Assembly (NCBI RefSeq): GCF_001194135.2
Contig: NC_068982.1
Location: 175,483,934 to 175,547,933 of the forward strand
Origin: Octopus bimaculoides
Taxonomy: Eukaryota
Reading direction: 5' to 3'
DNA: 64,000 nt
In this document: positions 1-13,579 of the stretch, piece by piece
Layout of the letters: every line of letters begins with the position of its first letter
Position numbering within the stretch: position 1 is the first letter of the stretch
Notes under the pieces: model-generated
The model's input: only the letters and a program-made list of their open reading frames with translations
What the model was told of the DNA's origin: nothing
The model's database searches: none
Position numbers and translations under genes: made by a program

Positions 1-1475
1 AAAGTATATAAGTAATACATTTTTAGAACAATACTTCTGCATTTAACTGTGATGGAGAGAGAGAGAAAGAGAGAGAGAAAGAAAGTGAGTGAGTTTGTAT
101 GTATTAATATTAATCTTCGTTTTAGAGATTGTATCTGTAAAGTTCATGCTGGCTGGTCACTTTCTTCACATGAAAATCTTAGCTCTTCTAAACTATCACT
201 TAGACATTTGCTAATATAAACCAAGTGGACTGATACTTATTAATATCAATATAAATTTATAATCAGGATAAACAAGCTGCAAGTTTTGAAGCAGTTGTAC
301 ATAGATATTCTCCTTCTTGTTGATTTTTGAAAAGATGTTCAGATCTGTGGGGTAGCTAACCTTTATGACTGTACATGACTTTTCTATTCTGTCTCAGATA
401 ACAATGTCAGGTCTGTTATATTTGCACTTGGTAGAAGTACACTGATGACATTTACGAGCAGCTGATGATGACATGTGTTAAATCCTACACAGAAGAGAGT
501 GACATAACTGACATTTGAGGTTGCATCTTGAGATTTTAAGGGCTTTACTGTTCAATTTGCTCAAGAAATATTTCATGCCTAACACCTGCTCTTGGATTGC
601 AAAAGTATAGTCATCTAGATGTGATGTGATGTAGCTGTCACATGTGTAAGAAAAGCTACACTTCATGTTAATATTGTCATCCCTTTCAAGTTTAAGGGAA
701 ATTACTCATGCATAACCTTTGCTGAGGCATGTGAGCCCTGCACTTCTGGGTTCATATAAGAGGTCATCAGAAAAAGTGAGCGGTTTTTGAAGATTTCCCT
801 ACTGAATTGCAAGATGTTACTCACTTCACTTTTGAGCTCTCGGTTGATGTATTTACTCTTGCTACTATGTCTAGTAAGTGTTGTTTGAGCAATGTCACAT
901 GACACTCAAAGGCAGCCTGTATGGATATTGAATATGCACTGTAGGATATTGTCTTTGGTTAGTCTGTCTTTGTTCCCAATACCATTGTTGAATACGTTTT
1001 CATCAATGTATGTGTGTGTGTGAGTGTTTTAGCACAAATAAAATTGTGCAAACAATAAGGAGGAATGAGAGTATTCAATATAAACAGAGTGGACAGTATT
1101 TTCAACCTTAATGTACAATACTAGCTGATATCAAATTAATTCATATAATTTAAATATCAGTTAAGTCAACATTGGTATTGAAAATATGCAGAAATATATG
1201 AAACTGAGTTAAGTACCCCAGTTAGAGGATCTCCTGAACCATTTACTCACTGTATCAGTAAGTAGGTGAGTATTTGACAGTATACATCCTCTTAACAGAA
1301 ACAGTAAGATAAAGCATGTAACAAAGCTGGCCCTATGAATTACAAGTACAATCCATGAGATTGCATTCCATACTGTTTATGCAGAAGATGTTTGCCCAAT
1401 GTGTTAATCAGAAGAATTGAATCTGGGACCCCATGATTGTAAAACAAACTTCTTAATCACTTGAACATGTGGTGA

Positions 1476-1533
<58 letters not shown>

Positions 1534-1902
1534 GGAATGGGCAACATGTGTGTTGCATATATCTTTACACACACAGACAAGTGTGTGTATCGATATACAA
1601 GGAGAGTGTTAGAAAGAGATATCAAGAATAAGAAGGGGAGGGGGTATGACAGAAGAAAGAAAGAAATGATAACAGGAAGGAAGTGGCAAAGTAAAATAGA
1701 GAGAGAGAGGGGGTAGACAAGACATGAAGAAAGAAAAATGTTCTAAGTAATGGAATTTACCAAGAGAATGTTAATGAAGAAAACAGCAGACACATAATTA
1801 TTGTGTGATTCTTACAGGGAAAAGATGAACTTTTCAGAATGCATATACACATATGTGTGTGTGTTCGTGTGTATATGTGATGTGTATGAGCACGCGCGCA
1901 CG

Positions 1903-1948
<46 letters not shown>

Positions 1949-2165
1949 AACAATGAATGTAGAGATTAGTACATCTGCATATTTTTTTTTTCTACAATCA
2001 ATTATACAACATATTTGATTTAAATTTGTCTGACACACGTTTCTGCTGCATAGAGAACTAGCAATTGCAATTGCATCCAGTTACTTTTGACTGGTTATTT
2101 CCAACTGGATTATAATTGAGTCTTCATACTGTGCCTGCCTGGATACTTTATCCCTATCTATTCAT

Positions 2166-2197
<32 letters not shown>

Positions 2198-4347
2198 CAT
2201 TCAAATGAATTTTGTTTGTATATATAGATTGGTAACTAAACAAAAGAAAATGTACTCAATACATGTTGTAGAGTATAGTTTAATTGTTGATGCCAACTAA
2301 CAGTTAGTTTTTGCAAGTTACACTTTTTCAGGCAGTAAACATGCACACACACACATACACACAATTACATGTGTGTGTGTGCATGTTTAAAGTATATATT
2401 ATTTAAACTTAATTATGTGTATATGTACACCTTCATGTGTGTATACACACATATATGAATATGTACAGAAGTATATACATACATTTACTTAGATATTTTA
2501 TACATTATGTTTTTGTATACAATATGTAGACACACACACACACAAAAAAAAAACCCCACTTTACACGCAATTATTTAGATATACAAATCTAAATATTTAT
2601 ACATATATTTACATGGATATAGAAGAATATATGCACCTACGTATTGATATATTATACATTTGTATAAATAGTTATGTGCACATTGAAAAGAGAAAAAAAC
2701 TACAGATAAAAAAGAAAGAAAAATCAGGACAGCAGTAGGGATATACAGACACTCATGCATAGTATCATGCACAAACATATTCACACCCATGCATTTACAA
2801 CTGTACAGATGCAAACATGTCTGAAGTCACAAGCACACACATACATACATACATACACAGAAATACACAACCTCAGTTAATATATACAGCCACATACTAC
2901 CATAAATAAATACATAAGCACTGACTGAGTAACCAGAAAAGTATCTCTGGTGTTGTTGTTGTTGTTATTGCAGTTACCAGTTTCAGAGCCAAAATGTGGA
3001 AGTTTAAATAGTTTGTTTGATTTCAGTATCTAAAAAAACAGGAACAAGAACAACAAAATAAACAAGAATCATTTTTGCTTGTCCATTGTTGAAAAATGTA
3101 ATATTTTCCATTTGCTACCACAGTTGTTTGTTATAGTCACCACCACCACCGCCACCACCACAATAATGATTATCAGATCTTCATTATTGCCACTGATACA
3201 CCACTACTATGATAGCAATCAACATCATAACAATCATAATCACCACCTCTGTGACATCTGTCTTTATCTCTGTACTAGCATTACCATTACCATTACCATT
3301 ACCATTACCATTACCATTTTCTATATTATTCTCTATGCTTGCATGAATTCCATGAATCTTATACATAATATTTCATTGTAATTTCATCCCTTATTGTCAA
3401 TGCTACCACCACCTTCTCAACCCTCTTTTGTTCATCCACCCATCCATTTTTTTTTCTCTCTCTTACTGACATCTGCAGTTTGTATTGAGTTCATAAGGAT
3501 TGGACAGGCCTAAAGAAGTGTGACAGACTTTGTTCAAACTCTTGACAGTGTCAGAAGTATCTGATATTGTCAGAATGATTACAAACACCACCACAATTAT
3601 CATCAAACTTTTTACCGAATTCAATTTTTTCCTTCTTTCCCAGTGCATACTTGCACAGAACAATAAAACCGACAGCCTCCCTCAGAGATTGCAGTTTTCT
3701 TTTTTTTATTTATTCCATGCACGCGCGTATGTGTTTGTTTGTCATTGGAAAGATAAATGTTCAATCCATCATTTACTGAGGCTTATGTGTTTGTTGTTGT
3801 TGCTGTTGTTTCACTACACGTCAACCTTGATCGAACAGACCTGTGATCAAAGGCATTCCAGCTATGGTCATAAGTCATTTTAGGTGTATGTAGGACAGCA
3901 TTATCTATTGCAGCCTTTTCTTATTTAAGATCTTATGATGTGATTTGGCTGCTTGCTACAGCTAGCAGATCAAATGACCACAAAGAGACATACTTGATGT
4001 TGCATATGATATGTAATAGTACAAGTCAAGGTTTCCTCTCCTTTTTTCATGTACTGCAGCAACTTTTAATCACCAACAAACGTCTAAAGTATGTCAAATG
4101 TCTAAAGTTTCTCTATGTGTTCTCAGCACATCAGGACTCAAATCTAGCATCTGTAGTTATAGATTAAAGAGTAATTACAATTACAAAGAACACCCATTAT
4201 TTAATTTTTCTTTTTTTTTAAGTGATGCATTTTTGAACATTGTTATAGGTTTCCCGTGGACCATTCACAAGTTTAGTGCATTTCCATTGCTGAGATTGAC
4301 AAACGAGAGACTGTGACCGAAACAAATAGAAGCTGCACACACTCATT

Positions 4348-4412
<65 letters not shown>

Positions 4413-4829
4413 GCTTCCACTCTTTCCACACTTTCCACCTACTAGATTGATCTCAAAGTAATCCACAATACGATTGAAATCACATGGTTGTAAAACAAAC
4501 TTCTTAACTACAAAGACATGTCTACCAACAGAACTTACTTGTATTACAAGGTCTAGTGGTCTAGAAGATTGAAACCAATTTTGAGGGTCCTGATTGTATG
4601 TTAGTGACAGAAGTAATCATTATCTTCAGTGCCACTGTCAGAATTGACACCGCCAATGAGTGTCTCAGTATCTCAACTTGTTGGAAATAACAACTCATTC
4701 TCCCACAAATTACATTCCACCATCTTGAATAAGGAAAAGATACATTAGACAATGCAGTCTCAGACACCTCACAAAAGTGGGATGAAGACAGGAAAGATGA
4801 CATTAATGATGACATTAACAAACTAAAGA

Positions 4830-5245
4830 ACTTATTAGTTTTTCCATTATTGTCGACGATGTCCAAGAACATCACATGAAAGAAGAAGACAGAGCATGGT
4901 GTGTCTGGCTGTGGTCAATCAGTCCAGTGTGTACTTGGAAGGCTCTACAGCAGGTTGAGCACTGGTGGTCTGTTGGGACTGAAGGAGTTGGCTCTGGACT
5001 TGCATAGTTCATATTTTCTTTGTACCCCTGAAATCCTGTTCTGTTTGTAGGAAGTGGCACCTCTAGAGATGCATCTTAGCCAGACAGGGTGGTCTTGTGC
5101 TTGTGTTTCACAGGTGTTGGGGTTGGTCTCAAAGTCCTTCAGTGAGCCTTTGATCGTGTCCTTGAAGTACTTTTCCTTGTCCACCTTGCATGTACTTGCA
5201 CTCTGCCAGTCTTTTGAGGCACTGTGTGTGTCAGGCACTTAAACA
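4830..5245 (-). mobile_element. RTE (BovB-like) LINE 3' end: ORF C-terminus plus short 3' UTR
   Basis: Minus translation KYFKDTIKGSLKDFETNPNTCETQAQDHPVWLRCISRGATSYKQNR resembles the RTE-BovB C-terminus; 3' UTR-like gacatcgtcgacaataatgg follows. Confidence 0.85.
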
Positions 5246-5247
5246 AG

Positions 5248-5421
5248 GATGGTTTACGAATGTCATACCAAAAATCTAAACTTCTTCCACATGGAGTGCC
5301 TGAAAAAGCTGTTGAAAAATCACCTGGCAAGACAAGAATCCCAAACACAGAAGCCCTCTCTGGAATTGATCTGCCAAGTATTTATACACTGCTGAGGAAA
5401 GCACAAGTCAGGTGAGCAGAC
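5248..5421 (+). mobile_element. Inverted upstream segment of the same RTE LINE
   Basis: Plus translation with frameshifts: VYECHTKNLNFFHMECLKKLLK-ITWQDK-IPNTEALSGIDLPSIYTLLRKAQVR*AD, the region just before MPD in RTE ORFs. Confidence 0.85.
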
Positions 5422-6438
5422 TAAAAACTAAATGTTTGTTGGATGTCAAACTTGACCTGGTGCTAAACAGTAAAACCATTTCAAGATCTGTTCTTCTCAA
5501 CTGCCATGATACTGGCATCAAAGAAGTCTAGTGTCATTTAAATCAGATTTCACCACTTCTTCCCATTTCTATTTTTTAGTCTTAGTTTTCTGAAGAAAAT
5601 ACCAGAAGCATTAAACAAGAAATGGAGCACTGCAAGAGAGCCATCTTGCTCTTATTGTTTAATTGAGTGAGCAAGAAAAAGCTAGTGATTAATTGTTACA
5701 AACATTCAATTAGAATAATTTGTAAGAAGAAAAATAAATAAATAAAATAACAATTATACTATGCCAACAGGAGTAGATTTTAATTTATTAAAAATACATT
5801 TTTCTTATATCTTTATATATTTCATTTGTAATATCTAATATTTACTTGGGAATTTCTTTTGTTCTTTTTTTATTAATATTATTTTTATCAAAATCTACAT
5901 TTTAAAATATTTGGTTCATCAATTTCAAAGTCACATAACCTTATCTATTAAGATATTTCTAATATAATTTTCATATTGTTACTTGGTTTGGCATCATGAA
6001 GAAGATAGTGATGCTTGGCAGAATGATCACTAGGAAAATATTTCAATGCAAATGATTATGACAAGACCATCTTTCCTACCATCAAAGCTAAAGACAGCAT
6101 CCACATGATTTATTATTTCATGCATGCTACATATAAGATAGAGGAGTGCATCCTTAAGAGAATTATAAAAATATCTCAACATGCAACAATCCTATAGCTA
6201 AAGTTTCTCTAATCATCTGTCATAAAACAAAAATATCAAAAAGAAAAAGAAGTATAAGTCTAAGGAATTTTACAGATGTGATTTAAGCAATCAATGAATG
6301 TAAGGTATTGCTTTCAATCTAACGACTGGAGTTAGAAACTTCAAAACAAAACTGTTTACCTAGATTGCAGTAGCACCATGCTTACCATAAACTGATCATT
6401 CATCAGCAGCAATGCTAACAACTATCCAAGCATCTCTA

Positions 6439-6820
6439 TAATATAAATAATATATAAATATAGGCATATATACATACATATATGTACATACCTACATATA
6501 TATGTATATATACATGGATATATGGATACAAGACATCAAAAAAACGTAGACGAAATGAGAAATGAAAACATAAAAAACAAAAACATAGAAAACGAACTTT
6601 TTTCAAACATGAAATAACAAACAGAAACGAGACAGGCAACATAAAGAACACTCCCTTCATCAGTTGTTTTATCTACTCCGCGTTTCAAAGGTAAGGACAT
6701 GACGCGACTTCGTTTCTATGTCCTGTCCTGTACCTATATATGCATGTATATATACATATATATGTAGGTATGTACATATATGTATGTATATATGCGTATA
6801 TTTATATATTATTTATATTA
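6439..6820. mobile_element. Fold-back element: 97-bp inverted arms around a 188-bp spacer
   Basis: 6439-6535 versus reverse complement of 6724-6820: 5 mismatches in 97. Spacer shares cccttcatcagttg...tttatctactcc with the 8066-8394 element. Confidence 0.8.
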
Positions 6821-7394
6821 TTATATGATCGAACACTTCGCATCTTTTTCCAAGTAAGTTTCATCTCTATAATCATTGTTATTGTATGATATTGAGGCCT
6901 TTTGTATGATATACATCTAGATCTCTTTTTGACAAATTATATAAAATTTTAAAAAAAAAGAAAAAACTTCTTATATTAAGAACTAAAGTTTATAACAGCA
7001 TGCTGATGTTAACAACTACTTGACCACACCTAGGACACTAATCAAATGTTGGAGTTTAGCCGTATCTGCATATCTAGTATGCTGGAGTTAGGAGTTGTAC
7101 TAAAATATTCAATTCTCAACTAACAAATGTTATTCCACAACAATGACAACTCGCATTTGACTCAATTAATATAACACTGAAATACATTTCAAATTCAATG
7201 TTGACAATGTTAAAACAAACATTATACAGATAAATAGGGTCTTTTAGAAAATACTGTACCTAATGTTAACAAAAGTAGGTGGGAATAATCAGGGTGAAGC
7301 AGAGCTCTGCTTTCCTACTTACTAAAACTTTGAGGCCTTTTGATTCCATACTTTGCTTCTATAATTGAAATTTCCGTTCTAATTCTACTACAGA

Positions 7395-7765
7395 TTCAGT
7401 CATAAGAATGAGGTCATCAGCATAAAGGAATTTACCAGCTTTAAAACTCCACTGTTATGGCCTGGAGGTCTCTGAGAATTGAACCCTGGTGAACTTCTCC
7501 ATGTACACTAGATTCATTGCTATGCAACTTATTGGAAGCATATCTGCATGAGATATACAAGATATTTGTATGCTACTAGCTCCTGCAACAATCACCAAAT
7601 CACAGAGCGAGGGACCCCTCCTGTCAAAAGCTTTCTCTAGGTCGATGAATGCTAAGTACAGTGGCTTACTTTTTGTTAAGTACTTTTGCAGTTGTTTCAC
7701 TTCAAAGAGACTAGTTGCAGTACTTGCCCTGACAGAAAACTAAGCTGCATCTTATCTAGTCAAAC
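7395..7765 (-). mobile_element. RTE LINE RT fragment, internally deleted
   Basis: Minus LQKYLTKSKPLYLAFIDLEKAFDR and downstream FLYADDL (gaggtcatcagcataaagg on plus). Confidence 0.85.
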
Positions 7766-7903
7766 TATCTCTCTAACTAATCAAGTTATAATTATTTTGT
7801 AATTTTCACACACACACACACACACACACACATTATATATATGAAGATAAACTTACTTGAAAATGGACATAATGTTCAATCAAATAATAGTAAATATTAT
7901 ATC

Positions 7904-8021
7904 NNNNNNNNNNNNNNNNNNNNNNNNNNNNNNNNNNNNNNNNNNNNNNNNNNNNNNNNNNNNNNNNNNNNNNNNNNNNNNNNNNNNNNNNNNNNNNNNN
8001 NNNNNNNNNNNNNNNNNNNNN
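7904..8021. other. Assembly gap; other gaps at 18847-18856, 31937-32038, 48691-48700, 58254-58366, 59122-59131, 60112-60588, 63118-63127
   Basis: Runs of N, mostly flanked by microsatellites or low-complexity DNA. Confidence 1.
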
Positions 8022-8053
<32 letters not shown>

Positions 8054-8065
8054 GTATATATATAC

Positions 8066-8394
8066 ACATGCATATATGGGTACCGGACGTCACCAGCAAT
8101 GCAAATAACATGAAATATGTAAACAAATGAGTGAAATACATGACCAATGAGAAAAAATGGGAAACAGGACATGTGAACACAGAGAAAAGACCCTTTATCA
8201 GTTGTTGACTGTTTATCTACTCCTAATTTAGAGCAGTTGTTGAATGCTCGAAATGGGGAGTAGATAGACAGCTGACAACTGATGAAGGGCTTTTTCTATG
8301 TGTTTAACATGTCCTGTTTTCCATTTTTTCTCATTGTTCACATATTTCATGTTATTTGCACTGCTGGTGACATCTTGTACCCATATATGCATGT
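8066..8394. mobile_element. Long imperfect palindrome (fold-back element) within (TA)n
   Basis: Arms 8066-8235 and 8245-8394 are reverse complements around a 9-nt loop (8236-8244); left arm has a ~20-nt extra duplication. Confidence 0.9.
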
Positions 8395-8659
8395 ATATAT
8401 ATATATATATATAATTTATTATTATATTATTATGCTTATTTATAAAAGTGTTTATTTCTCTATGTGTGTGCATATATATTAACACACTTTTATATGTATC
8501 ATCATTATCATCATCATATCTACTTTTCCATACATGCATGAGTTGGATGAGAGAGCACTGAGTTTTATACATACATACATACATACATATATGAAATGTA
8601 AATGTGTCTACCTTAACCTTTGTTAAGTATTCCACTTGTCTGATAAATGGAATGGCATA

Positions 8660-8810
8660 TTCATCATTACTATCATCATTTAATGTCTGTCTTCCATGCT
8701 GGCATGGTCTGGACAGTTTGACTGGAGCTTGGAAGCAAGAGAACTGTATTAAAAAACCGTCTATTTTGGCATGGTTTTTATGGTTGGATGCCCCTTCCAC
8801 TGTCAATCAC
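8660..8810 (-). mobile_element. Old RTE-type 3' UTR/tail fragment
   Basis: catcatttaatgtctgtcttccatgctggcatgg...tggatgccccttcc matches younger copies (e.g. 17793). Confidence 0.7.
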
Positions 8811-10368
8811 TTGATTGAGTTAATTGGTAAATGACTGAATATTTCTCAAAAACAAGCACCCTTCATGTAAGTCTCAATGATAACCAGCATGGCTGAGAGT
8901 CAAGGCCAAGTCTCTGAATTATGGTTACAGTCTTTCTAAAGACTTTCCAACAGCTTCCATTAACTCAATTTCATTTACAAAGCTTGGTTCAACCCAAAGC
9001 TATTGTAAAAGCCACTTAATCAAAATGCTGTGCAGTGGGCTTGAACCCAGGCCTTCAAAGCTGTGAAATGATCTTCTTAACCCTTTGGCCAAACCAGCAT
9101 CTAAAGCCTGCCCCATTTACATTTAGACATACCCACACCCATACACAGATACACTTAGATATAAACACTCAAAGTATGCTTAGATATATGCATACACAGT
9201 GAAATACTTAGATATAAACATTCTAAACAATTTCGCATGTGTGTAATTTGTGACAATAACTTTAAATGTTCGCATTTGTAAGAATATAATTAAATGCAAA
9301 AAAACAAGCAATGAAAGAAAGCATGATGGAGATAAAAAGAGGAAAATGAAAGAGCATGGGAAAAAAGGAGAGAGAGAGAGACAGATAGACAGAGACAGAG
9401 AGATAGAGAGAGGAGTGAGACAAACATGCAGACAGTAAAACTGAGAAATAAAAATGGAAGTTGTCTGAACAGAGGTCAAGACTTCTGATAAGCTTCACTT
9501 GGAAACTGAACGAAGAAAAATTGAAACCAAGCTCATCAATTTTTCTTTCTCTCCCCTCCAACTGAATAAATTAGACAAAAGCTCCCCCACCATCATCCTT
9601 GTTTCAAGCCAAATGTTGTTGCTATGATCAATTACTCATTATTCTTTCCCAGCTACCATTGTCCACACTACTATCACTATTATCATCACCAAAACCTTAT
9701 TCATTATAATTAGTGGAGACATTATTTCTATGTAAAAGTACTTGCTCATTATAGTAGGTCCTAGTTTCACAAAATATATTTCTTACTAATCTCTAAAATA
9801 TTTAAATCATATGTTTTCAGTCTTAAACATTTGAAGAGAGCACTCTCACTCCACAGCAACAAAAACTGAATGATTAATTCTAGGGTGCTCACTGAAGGCT
9901 CTGATAGATCAGCTGCTTCTGTACCATAGATCTTCTGCAACAGAAGAATTGTTCGTTAATATGCCATGATGATTTAAAAACAAAAAAATCTTTTAGTCAG
10001 GAGATAAGTGCCATGCCCATGACACTTGACAAAAACTTCATGACTGGTGGGGGAGAGTGAAGAAGATATCCTTAAAGTGGACTCTTAGCCTGGATGCTTA
10101 CATTAATAGAAGGAAAGTGAGATGAAAGTTATTAGGGATAGAACTAAAAACTAAGAAGTGAACAACAATTAGTGAGTGTACTTACAGGTAAATGTAACAA
10201 TAACTAAATCTTCACTTTCGGTGTATCTGAAGCTGGTGTTTGGAACAAATGGATCTTTGATAAAATTATGATGGAATATTCTAATTTAAATATGAACACT
10301 TTAAGATGACGATTTTGTAGCATAAAACCAAAAGTGGTTTCTGTCCATTAAGTGTGACAAGAGTTTAA

Positions 10369-10587
10369 TCCTTTAGCATTTAAATTGACCATATCCGGCC
10401 AAAATAGTCCATCTGATTTATGCTCAAACTGGCCAAATCTAGCCTCTCACACCAACCTTGCAATACCATTCTAAAAATTAACAGTTACTGCATCAAACTC
10501 TCAAAGCTACAAGATAATGCAAATTAGTTCAAAATAATGAGAATAAATAATCCTTATATTTGACAGAATAATATGAATACAAAAGGG
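10369..10587 (+). mobile_element. piggyBac-like non-autonomous element (MITE), degenerate
   Basis: TTAA-tcctttagcatt...aatacaaaaggg-TGAA; body collinear with 62660-62880. Confidence 0.7.
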
Positions 10588-11199
10588 TGAAATGGGAATA
10601 ATATATTTTACTTAAAAGGAATACCTTGGGATAACTATAAGGAAGTTAGGAGACTAACAGGTCCTTATCTAGTAAATCATTACCAGACCAATGAAAGAGA
10701 AATAAAAGCTTGTTATCAACAAGTTAAGACTTTCACACAAGAGAATTATCAACCTGTATTTATATATGGCCAACGTTGATCAAATATTGATTATTAAAAG
10801 ATATTGACGAAAATGTAGATGATGACGATGATGATGATGGTGACAATGACTGAAGATAAGACTGATGACAATGAAGACAATATCAGAGAATGGTAATGAT
10901 GGTAAATGACAAAAAGTGATAAGGATGGTAGTAAGAATAATTATGAGAAATTTGAAGATGAATGACAACAATGAACGTACCAATAAAAATGATGATGGTG
11001 GTGGTGGTGGAAGTAGTGTTGAAAATGGCAAAAGAATGCAATTAAAATTAAAGTTCTATAATAATAATAAAAATGAAAATTCAACAAGCTACCGGCTACA
11101 TGGGTCAACTATTTCAAAAGCTTTTAGCAACAAAAGAGACAGCTATTAAAATAAGAAATATCTCCTCCCAAAATGAGCATGTGTTACTACAGAGAAAAA

Positions 11200-11440
11200 G
11201 ATGGAGAGCAAACCATTTGGATGCTGGGTTTTTCAGAACGAGCATTTTTAAGTTGACACTAGGAAAATTGCATATGACAACAAAGCCAAACTGCATCTAG
11301 GTTGACACTCTGTTATGGATCATCTGTTCTCTGACTTTCTCCATGGCCTTCAAAATCTGATCCAACACTTTAATGCTGCCATAATATCCTTTCCCTAAGG
11401 TATTTTCTATAGCCATTTACAATGAAATTACTACACCAGT
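11200..11440 (-). mobile_element. RTE LINE RT fragment
   Basis: Minus KVLDQILKAMEKVREQMIHNRVST*MQFGFVV resembles RT subdomains 1-2 of RTE elements. Confidence 0.7.
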
Positions 11441-11499
11441 CACTGAGTATGACACCTTCCCGTCCTTGCTAATCTTTAAAAGAACAAACTTAATTTCAT

Positions 11500-11541
<42 letters not shown>

Positions 11542-11588
11542 TGCACTAACACATGCATACAGACTAAAAAAGAGGATAGAAAAGATAG

Positions 11589-11629
<41 letters not shown>

Positions 11630-13523
11630 TGCGCACGCCTGCAATACGGATGTTGAGATTAGTTCAAGTCTGTTGCAGTGTTAAGTAATCTTTGTGTGTA
11701 TGTTTATGAGGTACTGTTTACTTACTGAGGTTTCACAGTCGGTAGGCAGGGTGGGGCAAACTGGTAAGAAATGCAATCACTCAGCAGTTATAGGGCCTCA
11801 CTACCAGCTCTACATCAACCCACCTAACAATACCCCTACACCGTCACTCTAACCAACTTATTAGATTATTTTGTTCTATTTTACTTTCATTACCCGCCTC
11901 TCTCTGTCTCTTTCTCGCTTTCTTTTATACACATGCACACACTGTCTCTCTTCCTCTCTCCTAATTTTTAAGTAGGTTGGAATGGATAGCTATATTTTTA
12001 ACTCATTACACTTTCACACACATACACAAAGTAGATTTAACTCGAATTAGATCAACATTCTAGAAAAAAATGCAGCCTCAACAGCAACATGTGTGGTTCA
12101 GAAAAGTCAGAGCCTGTAACTGTATTTCATGTAAATATAATGTATAAATGTATAAAAAACATTGATATGTTTGCATCTATGCATATGTGCATAAATAAAT
12201 ACATATATGTACACATGTTTACACATACATATGTGTATGTGTACCTGTGTGTGTATAAGTGACTGTGCATAAATAACACATAACTGAGTGCATGTGTGTA
12301 TATAGGCTATGTTTATATTAGCGATGGGAATCAGAAGGGTGTACAGGTGTACTGCATATACCTGTTTCTCAGTTTACAGGGGGTCTTTTTTTCTATGTTG
12401 AATGTCTTCTAAAGAGACATTATAAGCCTTTTGCAAGTTTACCTCAAGAAAAATTTACTAGTTTATATATTTTTAGTCATGCATGCATATTCTATTCGGT
12501 TCAGATTTTATAATAAAATACATAGTAAATATTACTTTGCAGTACAGTATTCAGAAGAAGAGTGTATCAGTGTTCTTTCTGGTTAGATGTTTGGAGGTAG
12601 GGAGCAACAACTAAATGGTATTGTGAAGGGTAAAGTAAAGAAATGTGAAATCAGGTCTAGTGTAGCAGTGCACATCACTCTGTTTCCAGTACTTCCATGC
12701 ATTGGGTGAGAGGGAGGGGACTAAAATCCCTATCTGTATTTTATGATTAATTGATATGGTTAAATAATACTGTTTTTGATTTGTATTTTTAATGTGGTTT
12801 TGTATTAAATATGTATCATATACTTATGTGTTATACATATAATTATTAAATTCAAATTTGGCAACTATTCTGTATAATTTAATAAGACATAAGACAAAAA
12901 TTTACCATCAATAATAATAGAATGTATTTGATTTGGAGCTAGCTGAGTAATCATAAAAAATTAAAGAATTATGGTGGCACAAAGCCATAACCTCTGGCAG
13001 ACCACAACCCAACCAAAAATGACACTTGCATCAGTATCAACAACTTCATTTGGTATAGTGGGAGTGATGAGACAGGTTCTTCAATCATAGCTCAAATCTA
13101 TAAATATACCATTTTAAATATATGTCATAATGACATGTAAATCATAGAAATCTTGCAGGAATGCATATAGTGGTACCCTCTAGAGATGCTACAACACATT
13201 AACATTCAGTATTCAATGATCAGCCAATAGAAGAATGTTTTACATGTAGCTATCGCAAACATAACCAAAATGACACTCTGCTTGTGTATCATTGACAACC
13301 CAAGTGTTGTTCTGCTTGCAAAAGGATAAGTGTGAGGAAGCCTTTAACATGGATCTTCATCAAAAGCAAGAGATGTTCTGAATATTAAATTCATATGTTG
13401 AAGTGAGATCTATGGGAACTTTAAGGCCATTGGTATCAACCAACCAACCAACCAACCTACCTACCTACCTACCTACCGACCTACCCACCCACACCTACCC
13501 TCCACACACACACATCCAATATG

Positions 13524-13579
13524 ATGTGATTAAAATGTTGTATGACTTGAATTATGTGATTAAAATGTTGTACGACTTG
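13524..13579. repeat. 30-bp tandem duplication
   Basis: atgtgattaaaatgttgta(t/c)gacttg occurs twice with period 30. Confidence 0.9.

Noticed and set aside
440-960. Coding-like complex region
   Set aside because: Stops in the frames I read and no recognisable motif.
8245-8292. Type II hammerhead from gctc-GAAA ... CTGATGA-a-gggc
   Set aside because: Stem II can pair, but the 25 nt between cannot form stems III and I with an NUH triplet; the same holds for 6650-6690 on minus.
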